From assembly GCA_010093705.1 (NCBI GenBank), contig MU006111.1, positions 263,244 through 324,591 of the forward strand: a stretch of DNA of 61,348 nucleotides. The letters run 5' to 3'. This document shows positions 1 to 12,500 of this stretch, one piece after another (within the stretch, counting starts at the first letter, position 1; every line of letters begins with the position of its first letter). The position numbers were made by a program, and so were the translations under genes. Below the pieces are notes generated by a model, which did no database searches, was not told the origin of the DNA, and saw only the letters and a list, made by a program, of their open reading frames with translations. Source of the DNA: Patellaria atrata CBS 101060 (taxonomy: Eukaryota).

Positions 1-138
1 ATTCTATTAAATTGTGGGTTTCGCTATATTAAGCGAAGTATTGTTAAGGTATTATTAAGGTATTTATCGATATCGATCCGATACAATACTAATCCGTATT
101 CGATAGTATCTAATACTAAAGTATTATTGGCCACACTG
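1..138. mobile_element. Probable terminus of a RIP-affected TIR DNA transposon/MITE (hAT-like), truncated by window edge
   Basis: The minus strand begins CAGTGTGGCCAATA at 138, followed by clustered AATAC/GTATT subterminal motifs. The segment is TpA-rich and CpA-poor, unlike the DNA after 139. The other end is not visible. Confidence 0.4.
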
Positions 139-530
139 GCTCATCACAGAGACATGTACACGGTTTATTTCGAGGTAAGACATTACATCAACGCAGGAAA
201 CTATCTACGGCTCAGTTCAGCTCTGTAAATCAGCCTTGCTGCCCTCGACACCGCGTACAAGGATACCGTTGCGAACTATCATACAACTCTATTTCACACT
301 TCCTCCACATTGGATACCTGAATGTTATATGGTGTAAGGCGGGTGGATGACAAGAGTGATAAGGTATACTGTGTAACTGTCGAGTCGAGAGAAAAGAATC
401 GAAAGAACGGGAAACCAACGTCGGGGGGGAGAGAAGGGGGGGGAATCAACCGAATGCACAGACCACACAAGCCAACCCAGAACTCCATACGATGCTCTTC
501 CATCAACACCAGCTATCCTTAGAAACCGCA

Positions 531-2756
531 TTACCTGGCGATAACCCCATAACCAGCCCTTGTCCCATTGGCATTCATCTGCCTTGCGTAAACTCCCTTG
601 GTGAGGAGTTCTTCTGCACGACTATCACTCCTCGAAGTTGACCTGCTACTGTTCTCACTTGAGCTGTTGGAGTTACCGGTACAGTTGAATTCGGCGCTAT
701 TGCTTAGGCCACTCCAACGGCTACCGAATCTCATGCTCCCAGCAACTTCTCGCCCGCCGTCGACTGTGCCGAACCCTAGTACCTCTGGCTTGTCGAGATC
801 AAAAGGATCCGAAATGCCCTTTGCTTGGCGTCCATCTATTGCGAAAGCAGTACCTGGACGGGTGGGGCCTGGTTCACCGATCAAAATATCGGAGAGTCCC
901 GCCGTGGATCCCGAGTCACGGGATGTGGATGGTGTACCGTCACAGCGTAGGCCTCCAGCTGAATTGCCGGCGTATTGTGACGAGAAGAGAGTAGGGTTGC
1001 TGGAAGCAGAACTTCGTCCACTTGAAGAAACTGAACCTAAGATTGATACCCTAGGTAATACTGGTGGAGGCTGTAACGGAGGTAATGAGTCAGGAGGCAT
1101 AGGTGGAGGGTCATATGTAGGGTCGAGGAAAGGATTTATACGTGTTAAATATTGGGATGGGTGATTTGGGGGTTGTGGTGATGGAGGAATGCTTTCCGTC
1201 GATGGGGATGGTGGATGCGAAGCCAACGCTGTCTCTGCTGTTTTTGGAGTTGGCGACGTCCTATTTCGGGCCCAGTCTGGAGTCCTTGGAGGTTGGCTGG
1301 AATAAACGGACAACAGACCAGGATCCGCAAAGGGGTTCTCTGGATCTGCAAAAGGATTTTGCGGGAGTTGTTGACGAGCAGGTGTCTGAGGAGGTCGTTG
1401 CTGGTACAAAAGACCTTGGGTAACTACTTCACGCGGTGTTTGTGGCCACATCGAACTTGATCGGGTTTTGTCAGGATTCGTAACGTGGAGTGATCTCTCG
1501 ACGGGATCGCGGAAGGGGTCATCAGATTCTGGTTCGCCATAATCGTCGGGAAGAATCGGGTAGGGCGATTGCGTCTCTCTAATGACATTTTTCCGCCTGA
1601 ATTTTCCTGGAATTGAGGTACATAAAATTTGTAACCGACCAAAGGGCCCCTGGGAATTTGCATTCCCCGGTACCATCATGGTCGATGAAAGTGGTGAATT
1701 AACAGAACTCGTATCATTTAGAGACTCCCGGTCTGTTCGTCCATTTCTGGCCTCTTCCGGAGAGGCCAAGTTTGATTTCTTCGTAGTCATAAAATTCATC
1801 ATGCGCAGGACCCGCCATTGAACGATGTTCATACCACTTGTTGCGGATATTGTTTTCTGTTCGCCGCCCTCTTCAGAAACCACAGCTCCTTCCACATTCC
1901 GCTTTTTCTTGAGACCCATATTCCGCTTGAATCGCGCCGTAAATGACTGTCCCTTTTCAACATCTTTTTCTGAGGGTGGCCGTTCTGTTGACCGTGCTAT
2001 AGACGGGCGTCTGAAAAGGGACCTTGGAAACGCATCGGAAGGCGATCTTTCCCCTTCTGCGGTGCTGGTCCCCTCGTTTACATCACTCTTTCCCTCGCCC
2101 TTTCTCTTCCATACTGTTAAACCCTCAACCGTCTTCCGCCGCCTGACACAAAACCATATCACAGCGCATATGGCTACAAGGCCAAAAATACTTCCCACGA
2201 CCGCACCTGCAACCGTTCCTACAGAGGGATTGTCTGAAACTGTAGTAGAGAAAGGTTGGTCCCCAGTAGGGACAGGCATCATGCTTTCCATGAAGACATT
2301 CTCCGTTGTCGATGCATCATTTGGGGTCGTGGGAGATTGAGGCGGATCTGTTGAAGCCGTACTAGCTCTGGTTGGGTTGGAACTTAATCTTGACACTCTA
2401 GAGGAAGCTGAAGGACCAGATGTACTCGTTTGGATTAAAGCGGAAGAGCGAAAATCGAGTGGCAAGCCATTGTCATCCGATTCTAAAGGGATGCTGTCTT
2501 GTCCTACGGCTAAAATCGGTGCGGTTGCCGTCGAGCGCCGAGGTGGTACTGGCACCACCGTGGACGGTTGCGGATCAACCGCTGGGGCTGGAGAGACATT
2601 TGGCTGAGCTGTTGGTTCTGCTGGTATAACGTTGGGTGATTCTGCTGGGCCGTCCTCCTGTGCTGCTATTGTAGGTTGCGAGGGGATTGAGGTCCTTGGG
2701 ACTCTGGTACAGCGCCTGCCGCTGACCGTCGTAGTCAACTCTAGTGGTGTTGCCAT
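531..2756 (-). CDS. Fungal hypothetical single-pass membrane protein, Ser/Thr/Pro-rich (741 aa)
   Basis: Long ATG-started ORF. One hydrophobic helix VAGAVVGSIFGLVAICAVIWFCV is followed by a basic RRRK stop-transfer; the N-terminal part is S/T/P-rich and the tail is long and low-complexity. Confidence 0.85.
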   Translation of the reverse strand: MATPLELTTTVSGRRCTRVPRTSIPSQPTIAAQEDGPAESPNVIPAEPTAQPNVSPAPAVDPQPSTVVPVPPRRSTATAPILAVGQDSIPLESDDNGLPLDFRSSALIQTSTSGPSASSRVSRLSSNPTRASTASTDPPQSPTTPNDASTTENVFMESMMPVPTGDQPFSTTVSDNPSVGTVAGAVVGSIFGLVAICAVIWFCVRRRKTVEGLTVWKRKGEGKSDVNEGTSTAEGERSPSDAFPRSLFRRPSIARSTERPPSEKDVEKGQSFTARFKRNMGLKKKRNVEGAVVSEEGGEQKTISATSGMNIVQWRVLRMMNFMTTKKSNLASPEEARNGRTDRESLNDTSSVNSPLSSTMMVPGNANSQGPFGRLQILCTSIPGKFRRKNVIRETQSPYPILPDDYGEPESDDPFRDPVERSLHVTNPDKTRSSSMWPQTPREVVTQGLLYQQRPPQTPARQQLPQNPFADPENPFADPGLLSVYSSQPPRTPDWARNRTSPTPKTAETALASHPPSPSTESIPPSPQPPNHPSQYLTRINPFLDPTYDPPPMPPDSLPPLQPPPVLPRVSILGSVSSSGRSSASSNPTLFSSQYAGNSAGGLRCDGTPSTSRDSGSTAGLSDILIGEPGPTRPGTAFAIDGRQAKGISDPFDLDKPEVLGFGTVDGGREVAGSMRFGSRWSGLSNSAEFNCTGNSNSSSENSSRSTSRSDSRAEELLTKGVYARQMNANGTRAGYGVIAR

Positions 2757-4322
2757 GCGGTAACAGTGGAATACTTCAAGAGAGAATCATCACGAATAGG
2801 TCGCAGAGGGAGAAGAAGCAAGACAGCAAAGGTAGAATAGAGGAGGGACTAGACATTTGAGAGCTTGTAAGAGAGCGCATTGGTAAAACAGCCAGCACGC
2901 ATAAGAACTAGTAGAAACGTAGAGAAGGAAATACTACAGCCTACAGGCTGGTTAAGCTTAGACTGCAGGTCGGATGACCGTGACCCGTATGCATTGGAGA
3001 AATACTTATATGGGGATGAGGCTATTCGAGTTTCATTTCTTCCATTTTGGGTATGGGCCCCAACGCAACTGAAGCGCAGGTGGAGACGGAAAGAGGTCGT
3101 TCTCGACTTAGCGAAGCCAAGATGCTTTTAAACTTTTCATGCTTGTAAACTTCGTCTCAGAATAGACTTGTAAATGGAAACTACGGAGAGGTTTTAGGTA
3201 GGTGAAGAAGGAAAAGGAAACCTGAAAGACTTTTAAATTTGTATGTACGGAGTATACGGAGTAAGTAACCTACCCTAGAACTAGCGGCGCCCAGACGCCC
3301 ACTCCACTTGGCCGTAGGTGCCGGGTACCTAGGATTAACGGAGCCGTTGCGAGGCCTCGGCAGGTACGTAGCTTAGCCGACAGAGTACCATATCATATTG
3401 TACGGAAATCTATAGTGATAATCAATATGTGTGCTTCTAATCGCCGTCTATCAATTAGATACTCTCCAAGGCCATATCTGACCTTGTCCAAAGAGTTTTC
3501 GGCCTTTTGCAGGTACTGTACAGTATAATACAGTACAAGTACCAAAAGATCAAATAGCGGGATTTACTGCATCGCTGTGCCGTATGGGTGCAGAACAATA
3601 CTCCCCCTCTTGATCGTTGCTCTTCGTAAGGCTTCAAACAACAGCCCAGCTTACGTGCTCAGATTTCCGTTGATTGCTGCCCTGCTCTACTACTGGAGTG
3701 CAAAAACATTCAATGAGCCCATTTCTATCTAAGTTCTTCCGACGGACAATACGAGCGGAAGAGCAATCAACCGTAACTTAACGCGTGTTGGCTTTAAGGT
3801 CGCTCAGCACGCTCTTGTTGTGAATGCATTCACCTGATTGATGGGATAGGTGTTTAGTCTTCATAGTAGAAGACTAGGTCAATCGAAGATGTTCGGCTTT
3901 GGAGCCAGCAGCAGTACGTTCCTTAGTTCTATTAGTCTTGGTTTTTCCATCATACTTTCGCGTTGTGTCCGTCTCTGTTTCGTAACGCTCCGTAAAAGTT
4001 CGTGAACCCAGAGTTAAATATCTTGGGACGAGGTTACTGATGAGGAATCCTCTCCGATATTTCTCGGAATCTTCAAATTATTTGTCACTTTTAAAGTTGA
4101 GATTCGATTCGCGTAGACGTGGCGTCGAAAGCCGCATTGATGTTCTCATACGCCAACTGCCTCGCGATCTATTTTACCACCATGTTCCTCACACCAATTG
4201 TGTCTGCAACCCTTTCTCCTAAGACTGGACTAGCCAGCTACCAGCTTATGCATGTTCTTGTGCTCGATATGTCATATGTTACCTATCAAATCTATTGTAA
4301 GTAAATACTTACTGACTCTTTC

Positions 4323-6200
4323 TTGTGCGAACTAGATACTATCCTTGCGGGGAGGCATGATCCGCGAAAAGAACGCCCTCAGCCACCGAAGGCAACTCCA
4401 GTGACCTTCCCTCAGCTGTCCTATAATCAGTTACCCAACTCATGGTCGACTGAGTCTCTTCCAGATCTCGCCTCGAAATATGCGAAAATAAGAAAACAGT
4501 CCGACCTCAAGCTGGAACATTTGACCGATCTTAACGTTACCGTTGAGCCATCATGTGACCTTGAAGATCTCTTGTCCACCTTACCTGATGGATTGTCGTA
4601 CATGCCCCCAGGGTCATGGCTTGAGGAGCCCGCAGCTGATTCTGGCCAACATCCGGGCCGATCAGAGGAGCCGAAACGCCTTCTCCACAATGGCAGACCG
4701 GTTCCAGATCATCGAGAGTTTTATATGAGATTCAAAGAGATCTGCCTCCAAAATCAAGAGGCGTTCTCTTCATTGACACGAATGCCCGAACGAGACCGGA
4801 AACCTCCCCGCCTTGCCTATTTTCGTCGATTTTGGGAGGGCCTTGATAACATGGCTTATTATTGGGACACCAGTCTTGACAAATACATAGACCCAAGACC
4901 AATAGACAGAACAGATACGGAAGATGTTCAATCACTCTCCGAATTGTCGAATGAGGCGGGTCCGGTGAACAATCGAACCCAAGTTCCGGAGGAACGGTTG
5001 CGGGAAATCATCGCTATGCGGTTAGATGAACCCCGGAAGAAGGCGAAATCCTGCTCAGATCTATCCATCATCGAACCAGATCCAGCTCTTTCCTCTCCTG
5101 AGAATAAACCCACAAATCCCGTATCGTCAAGTTCTAAAATCCAAGGTCGTCCCCATCCCCCAAGGGTACCCGGCTCTAAATCAGGAGAGAAAAAGGGTGA
5201 AAAAGAAACCAGTGATAAGCCTGATACCCAGGGTACATACTGTGGTAACCGTGTAGGTAACGGTGCTGGCATGCCTGAGGCTTATAGATATAATGCGGTA
5301 TCGTCTTTTGTAGAAACTATAGCATGGGCGTTCAGTCTTAGCGTGGCTCCGCATCGAAGGCCGCCCGTGGTGGCTTTCAAAAATGTACTTATGCCCGTAA
5401 GAATAAGCACCGTAGTTTGGCAACCCCCCCTGACAAGAGATCGAGCAAAGATGGGGGTCATAAACGGACCCGTGCTCGGTGTACAGTGCAGGAATGAAAC
5501 CGCTTTTAAACAAGGATCAGCTGGCGAAGCAGAAGCACTGTTAGACATTATTAGGGAACTAGGTGCATTGCTCGAGCTAGGCCAAGAAAGGGCTCGAGAG
5601 GGTAAGGAGGAGAGGAAGCCGGGTGAGGGGGAATGGTGGACAACAAAGCCGAGATGGGGCGGGGGCCCCGGTGGTGATCTGGGAGAAGGTAGAGGTGAAG
5701 AAGAAGCCGAGGACGGAAAGGTATCGGAGAAGAAAGAAAAGAAGTTCGGTAGAAGGGAGAGGTTGAAACCTTCGCCACTAGAACTTTGGAAGGCCATGAA
5801 GCCAAGCAGCGGCTACTGGGACCCCCGAGTGACATATCAGGCGATAGGTAAGAACGAAGCTTCAGAATTCGATGATGTAGGTTCTACTTCCTTGACCCGC
5901 GGTGTACGAATACTGACAAATCATATATAGGTCTTCTTGATATCATCTCTGAACCATCATGTAAGTATTCTGAAGCTCAGAGTGCATCCGACCTACCTGG
6001 AAAGTCTCGTTACCGGTAAAGTTCCATCGACGATTCCTTCCGATTTTTCATGGTGCAAGCCTAAATTGAATCGAAGTCGTTGGTACGATCTGCTCTCCTT
6101 GGAGGACCGCATAGCTTTAATGCGAGGGCTATGGTGCTTATTCTCGTACTTGACTCGGCCAGTAGAAAAAGGAGATGTATCAATGGGAAATACAGGATAA
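4323..6200 (+). CDS. Conserved fungal hypothetical protein; exons ~4336-5876 and 5931-6200, true start probably in a small upstream exon
   Basis: The 535-aa and 87-aa ORFs join in frame across a canonical phase-0 intron at 5877-5930 (GTAGGT...TACTGAC...TATAG), giving ...EFDD|VFLISSLNHH.... The ORF-track start is TTG, so the 5' end is uncertain. Confidence 0.85.
5877..5930 (+). other. 54-nt spliceosomal intron
   Basis: GTAGGT donor, TACTGAC branch site, TAG acceptor; removal restores the reading frame. Confidence 0.9.
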
Positions 6201-6383
6201 TAGAAATGATAGACATGGTACTGCCTGAAAAAGAGGCTCTGAGGCTACCATACTGTCTTCTTGCAAAGATTCCAGAGTTAGGATCTCGGCGATAGAAAGT
6301 AGGTCTAGCCTAAGGTAGTCGATGACACTTTCAAGATCTAGAGATGCAAGAAAGTTTCAAATGGCAAACTGTCCTCTGAGAAT

Positions 6384-7709
6384 TCAAGTGCTAACCCTTT
6401 TTTTCTTAAACTCGTCTAACCAACCAGGTACTTTCTGTTTAGGAATCACTTGTATCTTGACTAATTGATCCACAACTTCTACTTTACCACTACCCAAAAC
6501 TCTCGCCAAAGGTAGCTTCTTACCTGCTTTTATGAGGCCTCCAGAGGATGTTTCCATATAGCACTCTACGTTTGCTGTTGTATATTCCTGATCCTGATCC
6601 CATGGTAACGGGAAAATATAAGAGAGGTGATCCGCTAAGGATTCAGTCTCTTGAAATGATTTTACAAAATCGCTTTGTAAGTGAACTGGATAAAGGAAAA
6701 TAGCTGGTAGAGTCAGTGTAGAGGACGAGTCTACTGGATCCGCCAGCTTTATCGCTGCGTCTTCCATCTCGGGAGCTTTTGTCGTCGATCGTGTGGCAAT
6801 ATTTCGATTTTTGAGAGCTTTCTTCAGAGTTAGTTCCTCAGCTCTCAGACATTCATCTCTTTCACGCCGTTTCCGTTCTAAAACGTTAAGGTGGTCTTTC
6901 CTTTTGATAATCTTCGTAGATAGGGTCTTTAACGCAATGTTCTTTTCATCGATCGCTAAGCCCCGTTCACAAGCATCTTGAGCTTCTGCAATCTTGTTCA
7001 GGGCAAGACATGCTGATGCAGAACGGTACCATGCCTTAATATTGAGAGGATTCAGATGGAGAGTTGCAGCACAGTCAAGGTTACAAGATCGATAATTCTG
7101 GCGCTTCAAGTTGCAGAGGGCCCGATTTACATAGCACGCTTCTTCAAGCTCTCTCTCTTTCTTCCTCTCAGCCTCTTCATCAACCTCTACTGCGCTCATG
7201 TCAGCGGCTCCAGCTTCCGAGTCAACCTGTTGAAGAGGGGTTTTCAGCGCGGCTAGAGCTTTAGTGTAGAACTCCTTCGCATCCACCCAGTTCTTTATTT
7301 TGGCAAGCTCATTTGCCTGTTCTCTGAAATTCGCTGCAACCTCAGCTCTTGTCCCTTCAAATACCAATGCTTTCAGCGCTTCTAGTTCGACGTTTTCTCC
7401 TCCCTCGCCGTCCGTCTCGTCGAGTGTCGTCATGAAAAGAGGCGTTCGATTTAGCTCTTGGAGTAACTCGTCCGCGGTACGTTCCTTAACCGAAGCCATT
7501 GCAGGCGGCATTGCCGCAAAAGCGCGTCCAGGATTAGAATCTAGTTTTGAGTCCCGTTTCAGCGGGAAAGGGGTCGATTGTGATAACATATCTTCGAGGC
7601 TGCCACTTGGTGGTTCTCTTACTGCTGTGACCCGTGTAGCATTTGGAGCAGAGTCGTTCAACTTGAGAGACTCATCGAACACATCTGGTAGCTCTTCTAT
7701 TCGGGACAT
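6384..7709 (-). CDS. CNS1: Hsp70/Hsp90 co-chaperone Cns1/TTC4 (TPR protein), ~441 aa
   Basis: Family motifs ELNRTPLFMTTLDETDGEGGENVELEALKAL and NFREQANE, TPR repeats (FYTKALAA, YVNRALCNL, NIKAWYRSASACLAL) and a C-terminal wheel-type domain (FLYPVHLQSDFV). The ATG of MSRIEELPD is at 7709. Confidence 0.92.
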   Translation of the reverse strand: MSRIEELPDVFDESLKLNDSAPNATRVTAVREPPSGSLEDMLSQSTPFPLKRDSKLDSNPGRAFAAMPPAMASVKERTADELLQELNRTPLFMTTLDETDGEGGENVELEALKALVFEGTRAEVAANFREQANELAKIKNWVDAKEFYTKALAALKTPLQQVDSEAGAADMSAVEVDEEAERKKERELEEACYVNRALCNLKRQNYRSCNLDCAATLHLNPLNIKAWYRSASACLALNKIAEAQDACERGLAIDEKNIALKTLSTKIIKRKDHLNVLERKRRERDECLRAEELTLKKALKNRNIATRSTTKAPEMEDAAIKLADPVDSSSTLTLPAIFLYPVHLQSDFVKSFQETESLADHLSYIFPLPWDQDQEYTTANVECYMETSSGGLIKAGKKLPLARVLGSGKVEVVDQLVKIQVIPKQKVPGWLDEFKKKRVST

Positions 7710-8430
7710 ATTGAAGGTTTGTGGAGAATTTTCAGTGACTAGGTAGTACTCCGTACGATACAAAATATATCTGGATGGACATCAACACCTCACGCAGGGA
7801 AGGTGCTAAGATTAATAGATAATCCGTGCGCGATTTCCCTCTTTTTATTTAACTTATAAATAGGATATTTCCTCTTTCTATCGAAAATAAATATAATCTA
7901 AATACTAGATAATATAATGAAATTTTATTTATCTTTTATTTAATAAATATAATAATATAATAATATAAAAATATAATAAAATAAAATAAAATAATTATTT
8001 ATAAATATAATATTTTTTTTTAAATTAATTTCTTTATAAATAATAAAAAATAAAAATAAAAATAAAATAATAATTAATTTATTAATTAATTAATTATAAA
8101 AATAAAAAAATAAAAAATATTAAAAGAAATTATAATTATATTAAATTATTATAATAAAAAAAATTCTTTATTTTATTATTTTTTAAATAATTATTAATAT
8201 AAATTAAAAGAAAAATATATTAAAAATTAAAAATTATTATTATTATATAATATTTTATTTATAAAAATTATATTTTATTTATTTTTTATTAAATAATTTA
8301 AAAAAATATTATTAATATATTTATATTTTATTTTATAATATTATTTATTATTTTTTAAATAAAAATATTAAAAATAAAAATAATTAAAATAATTAAAATA
8401 AATAAATAAATAATATTATAAAATATAAAT

Positions 8431-8493
8431 ATAAATATTTATTTTAAATAATAAATATTTATTTTAAATAATAAATATTTATTTTAAATAATA
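8431..8493. repeat. Tandem repeat, 20-bp unit ATAAATATTTATTTTAAATA x3
   Basis: Three consecutive identical units are visible in the sequence. Confidence 0.8.
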
Positions 8494-8965
8494 ATTTTTA
8501 AAAATAAATATTAAAATATTTTAATATTAAAAAGAAAATTATAAATTATAATAAATTTAATTTATTAAATAAATATAAAAAAAATAATATAATTAATTAA
8601 TTATTAAATTAATTATTTTTTAATTATATTATAATTTTTAATTTTTAATTTTATTATTAAAATTATTTAAAATAAAATATATATTTATTTAAATATTTAT
8701 TATAAAATTTAAAAGATAATTATATTATTTTATATAAAAATATAATTTATAAATAATAAATAATATAAATAATATAAATAAATAATATATTTTATTAAAT
8801 TCTTTTTTTTTTTAAAATATTTTTTTATTTCTTTAATAAATTTATATATTATATTTTATCTTTTTATATTTATTATAATATTATAAATATAATAAAAAAA
8901 AATTTAATTATTATTTAATAATTTTTTTTAATTAATTAAATTTTATATATTTTATATATTAAATA

Positions 8966-9035
8966 ATATAAAATATTATTATATATTATATATTATTAAA
9001 TATTATAAAATTTTTTTTAATAATTATTATCTTAA
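8966..9035 (+). mobile_element. Fot1/pogo element P1: 5' TIR fragment only
   Basis: TA|ATATAAAATATT... TIR with 17-bp internal repeats plus downstream sequence matching the P2 5' end (40259ff); cut by an LTR at 9036. Confidence 0.7.
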
Positions 9036-9570
9036 TATTATAATAGAAATCTATATTTATTAAAATAGAATTAAATAAATTTAGAAATATATTTAACTTT
9101 TTATTTAATATAATTAACTATAAAGATAAATTTAATAAAATAATAAAATATATATAATAAAAATATTTTAAATTAATAATATAATTTATTAACTTTTTAA
9201 TTTTAAGTAATATTTATAATAAAATAAAATATATTATATAGAAATAATATAATAAATAAAGTTAAATTTAAAATTATAATATTTAAATTTATAAATAAAA
9301 TTAATAATAAAAATAATTATAAAAAATCTAAATATATAAAAGAAAAACTATTTTTAAATATTTTTATTCTTTATAATTAATTTAATATATTTATATTTTA
9401 ATTATTTTAATTATTAGTTATTTATAATAATTAATATAATTAATAATTATTATTTAATTATTTTAATTATTAATTATTTATAATAATTAATATAATTAAT
9501 AATTATTATTTAATTATTTTAATTATTAATTATTCACGATAATTAATATAATCGATAATTATTATTTAAT

Positions 9571-12500
9571 TATAATAATATATTATAATATTAATTCTAT
9601 ATTTTCTATATTAAATATTTAATTTATTTATAAAAAATCTTTATTAAATTAAATATAAAAAAGATTTTTAAATATTAATTAATTAAATAAAAGATAATTA
9701 GACTAAAATTTAATAAAATAAAATTATTATATATAAATATTTAATTTATAATATTATTATTTCTTAACTTAATCTTTATATTTAGTAATTAATAATAAAG
9801 ATAATTAAAATATAATTATTATAATTATATTATATTATTATATTAGATTAAATTTATCTTTAATAGTTTCTAAAAAAGTGATATAATATTTTAACTAAAA
9901 TATAATATTAATTTAGCTAATAAATAATTATTAAATTAATTAGAAATTTATAAATAATTAAATTCTATTAATAATAAAATATTTAATATTTAAAAGTATT
10001 AATATTAATAATAATAATAATTTAATATTTAAAAAAAATTAAAATTAATAAATATAAATTATTTAAAAAGTAAATATTATAGTAAATTAAATAAAATAAT
10101 TAAATCTTTAATAATCTTAATAAAATAAATAGATAATAAATTAATTATAAATTTAAAAATAAAGAGTAATATTAAATTAAAAGAAAAAAAAATATATTAA
10201 TATAAATTAATATTAAAAGTAATTAATTAATAAATTACTAATAATATTTTAAAAGCGGATTTATAAAATCTATTAAAAGAAATCTCTAAAATAATAAAAG
10301 AAAGAAAATCTTTTAAATATATTATTATTATAAATAATTAAAACGTTAATATAATCGATAAAATAAAGAAATAGATAATTAAAAATTTAGATTAATTTAT
10401 AATAAAGTATTTTTATATAAAAGTAAAGTTTATAATTTAAAAGATATAATTTAAAAAGATAATAAATCTTATTAATAAGATAATATTTAATTTATAGCTA
10501 AAGCTATAAATATATTAAATAAATAAAGAAATTATAAAATATTTTTAAAATAAAATTAATAATTTAAAAAGATAAATTAAATAGTTTAAATTAAATTAAA
10601 AAAGTATTTAATTTAATAATAAATTTAATAATAAAGAATTATTAATATTATATAATTATAATAATTAAGTTAAAATAGTTAATTTAATTAAAAACTTTAA
10701 AAGTAAAGACGATAATAAGATAAAAAAGTTCCTTAATTTATTAAAATTAATCGATAATAAAAAACTAATCTATAAAAAGTAGAAAAATAAGATAAATAAT
10801 AAACTTTATATTAATAATAATTAGTTTTAAAATAAAAGAGTAAAAACTATCTATATTAAAATATAAATTAATAATAAGATAGTTAAATATATATACTTTT
10901 TCTTAAAATTAGAGAAAAATAATATAATTTTAATAAAATTAATAAGATTTCTAAACTAAATCTATAAAAATTTAAATAAATAATTAAAAGTTAAAGATAA
11001 ATTAAAGAAATTAAAATAAGATTATTTAATAAACTTTTTAAAGTTTTAGTCTATTTTTATTTAGTTAGCTAATAAAGCTAAATTATTATATAATTAATAG
11101 AAAGAGAAACTTTATAATAAATTTTATAATAGTTTAAAATTAATAATAATAGAAATTATAAATAATAACGAAATTAGCTTCTAAAAGTATTATAATAAAA
11201 TTATAATATAAATATAAAAGTTAAAAAGATTAGATAAAGCTAATAAAGTTAATAGAAAAAATTAAAAATATAATAAATTAATTAAAATAATTTTTATTTT
11301 AATAATAATAAATAGAATTTTATATTAATTAAAAAGTAAAGAAACTATCTTATTTATAATATTATAAATAATAAAGTAAATTATAATTATTTAAAAGTTT
11401 ATAGATAATTATTTTAATTATAATAAAGTTAAATATAAAATATTAAAATACTAGAGATTAAAGAAGATAATTAAAAGAAAATTAATTTAAAAAGATAAAT
11501 ATTAGAGTTTAAAGTCTAATTTAAAATTAAATTTAAAAAATAAGAAATTTTAAATAAAAACTTTATATTAAAGTTAATAATAGAAGTATTAATAATATTA
11601 ATTAATAATTTAATATTAGAAAAGTTATTTATAATATTATATTAAATCTTAAAAAATAGAATTATAATATAACTTAAGACCTTAATTAATATTAAAGTTT
11701 AAAAGTATATTTTATTAAATAAAAGATAGTTACCCGCTTTAAAATAATATCTTAGAATTAAAATTAGAAAGATAAACTAAAAGATTAAAGTTAATATTTT
11801 TAATAATTTAAAAATAGTATTAATTAACTAAATATTTAAGATAAGCCTTATAATTAAAGAATAAAAATAATTAATATTAATTATAATAATAAATATAGAT
11901 TATAATAATATATTTATAGATAAAAAGTAATTTTTTAAAATTAATAACTTATTTAATTATAAATATTATCGAATTATTTAACTAAAATAGACTATTATAA
12001 TTAAAAACTAATAATAAAATATCGTGATTTTAAAGAATAAACTATAAATTTAAACTAATTTATAATATTAATTTAATATAAAATAATAAGATAAAGTTAT
12101 TAATAAATAAGAATATAATTAATAGAAAGTATTAATTAATTAAAAAAGAAAACTATAATTATTTTAATAAAAATAATTAAGTTTATAAGCTAAAAATATT
12201 AGCTTTAATCTTTAAAAGATAAAATTAGAATTATCGAATCTAATAAAGAAAAAGATATTAAAACTTTTTAAAAAACTAAAATTAAAGTTAAATAAACGAG
12301 TTAATATTATTAAAATCTATATAAATATTTATTTAATTAATAGAGAAAACTATTTAAGAAATATAAAATATAAAAATATTATTATAAATATTATAAATCT
12401 ATATAAGATTAACTTTTTAATATAAAATTAACTCTTAAAAAATAAAAACTCTTTAAATAAAGATAAAAATATTTATAAAATAATAATTTATAAAAAATTA

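Noticed and set aside
6384..7709. RIP leakage pseudogenising CNS1
   Set aside because: The ORF is uninterrupted and CA/TG dinucleotides remain common; subtle leakage cannot be excluded without orthologs.
230..7746. Many 60-190 aa ORFs in the ORF track
   Set aside because: They are antisense or alternate-frame shadows of the three real genes, or short intergenic frames without recognisable motifs.
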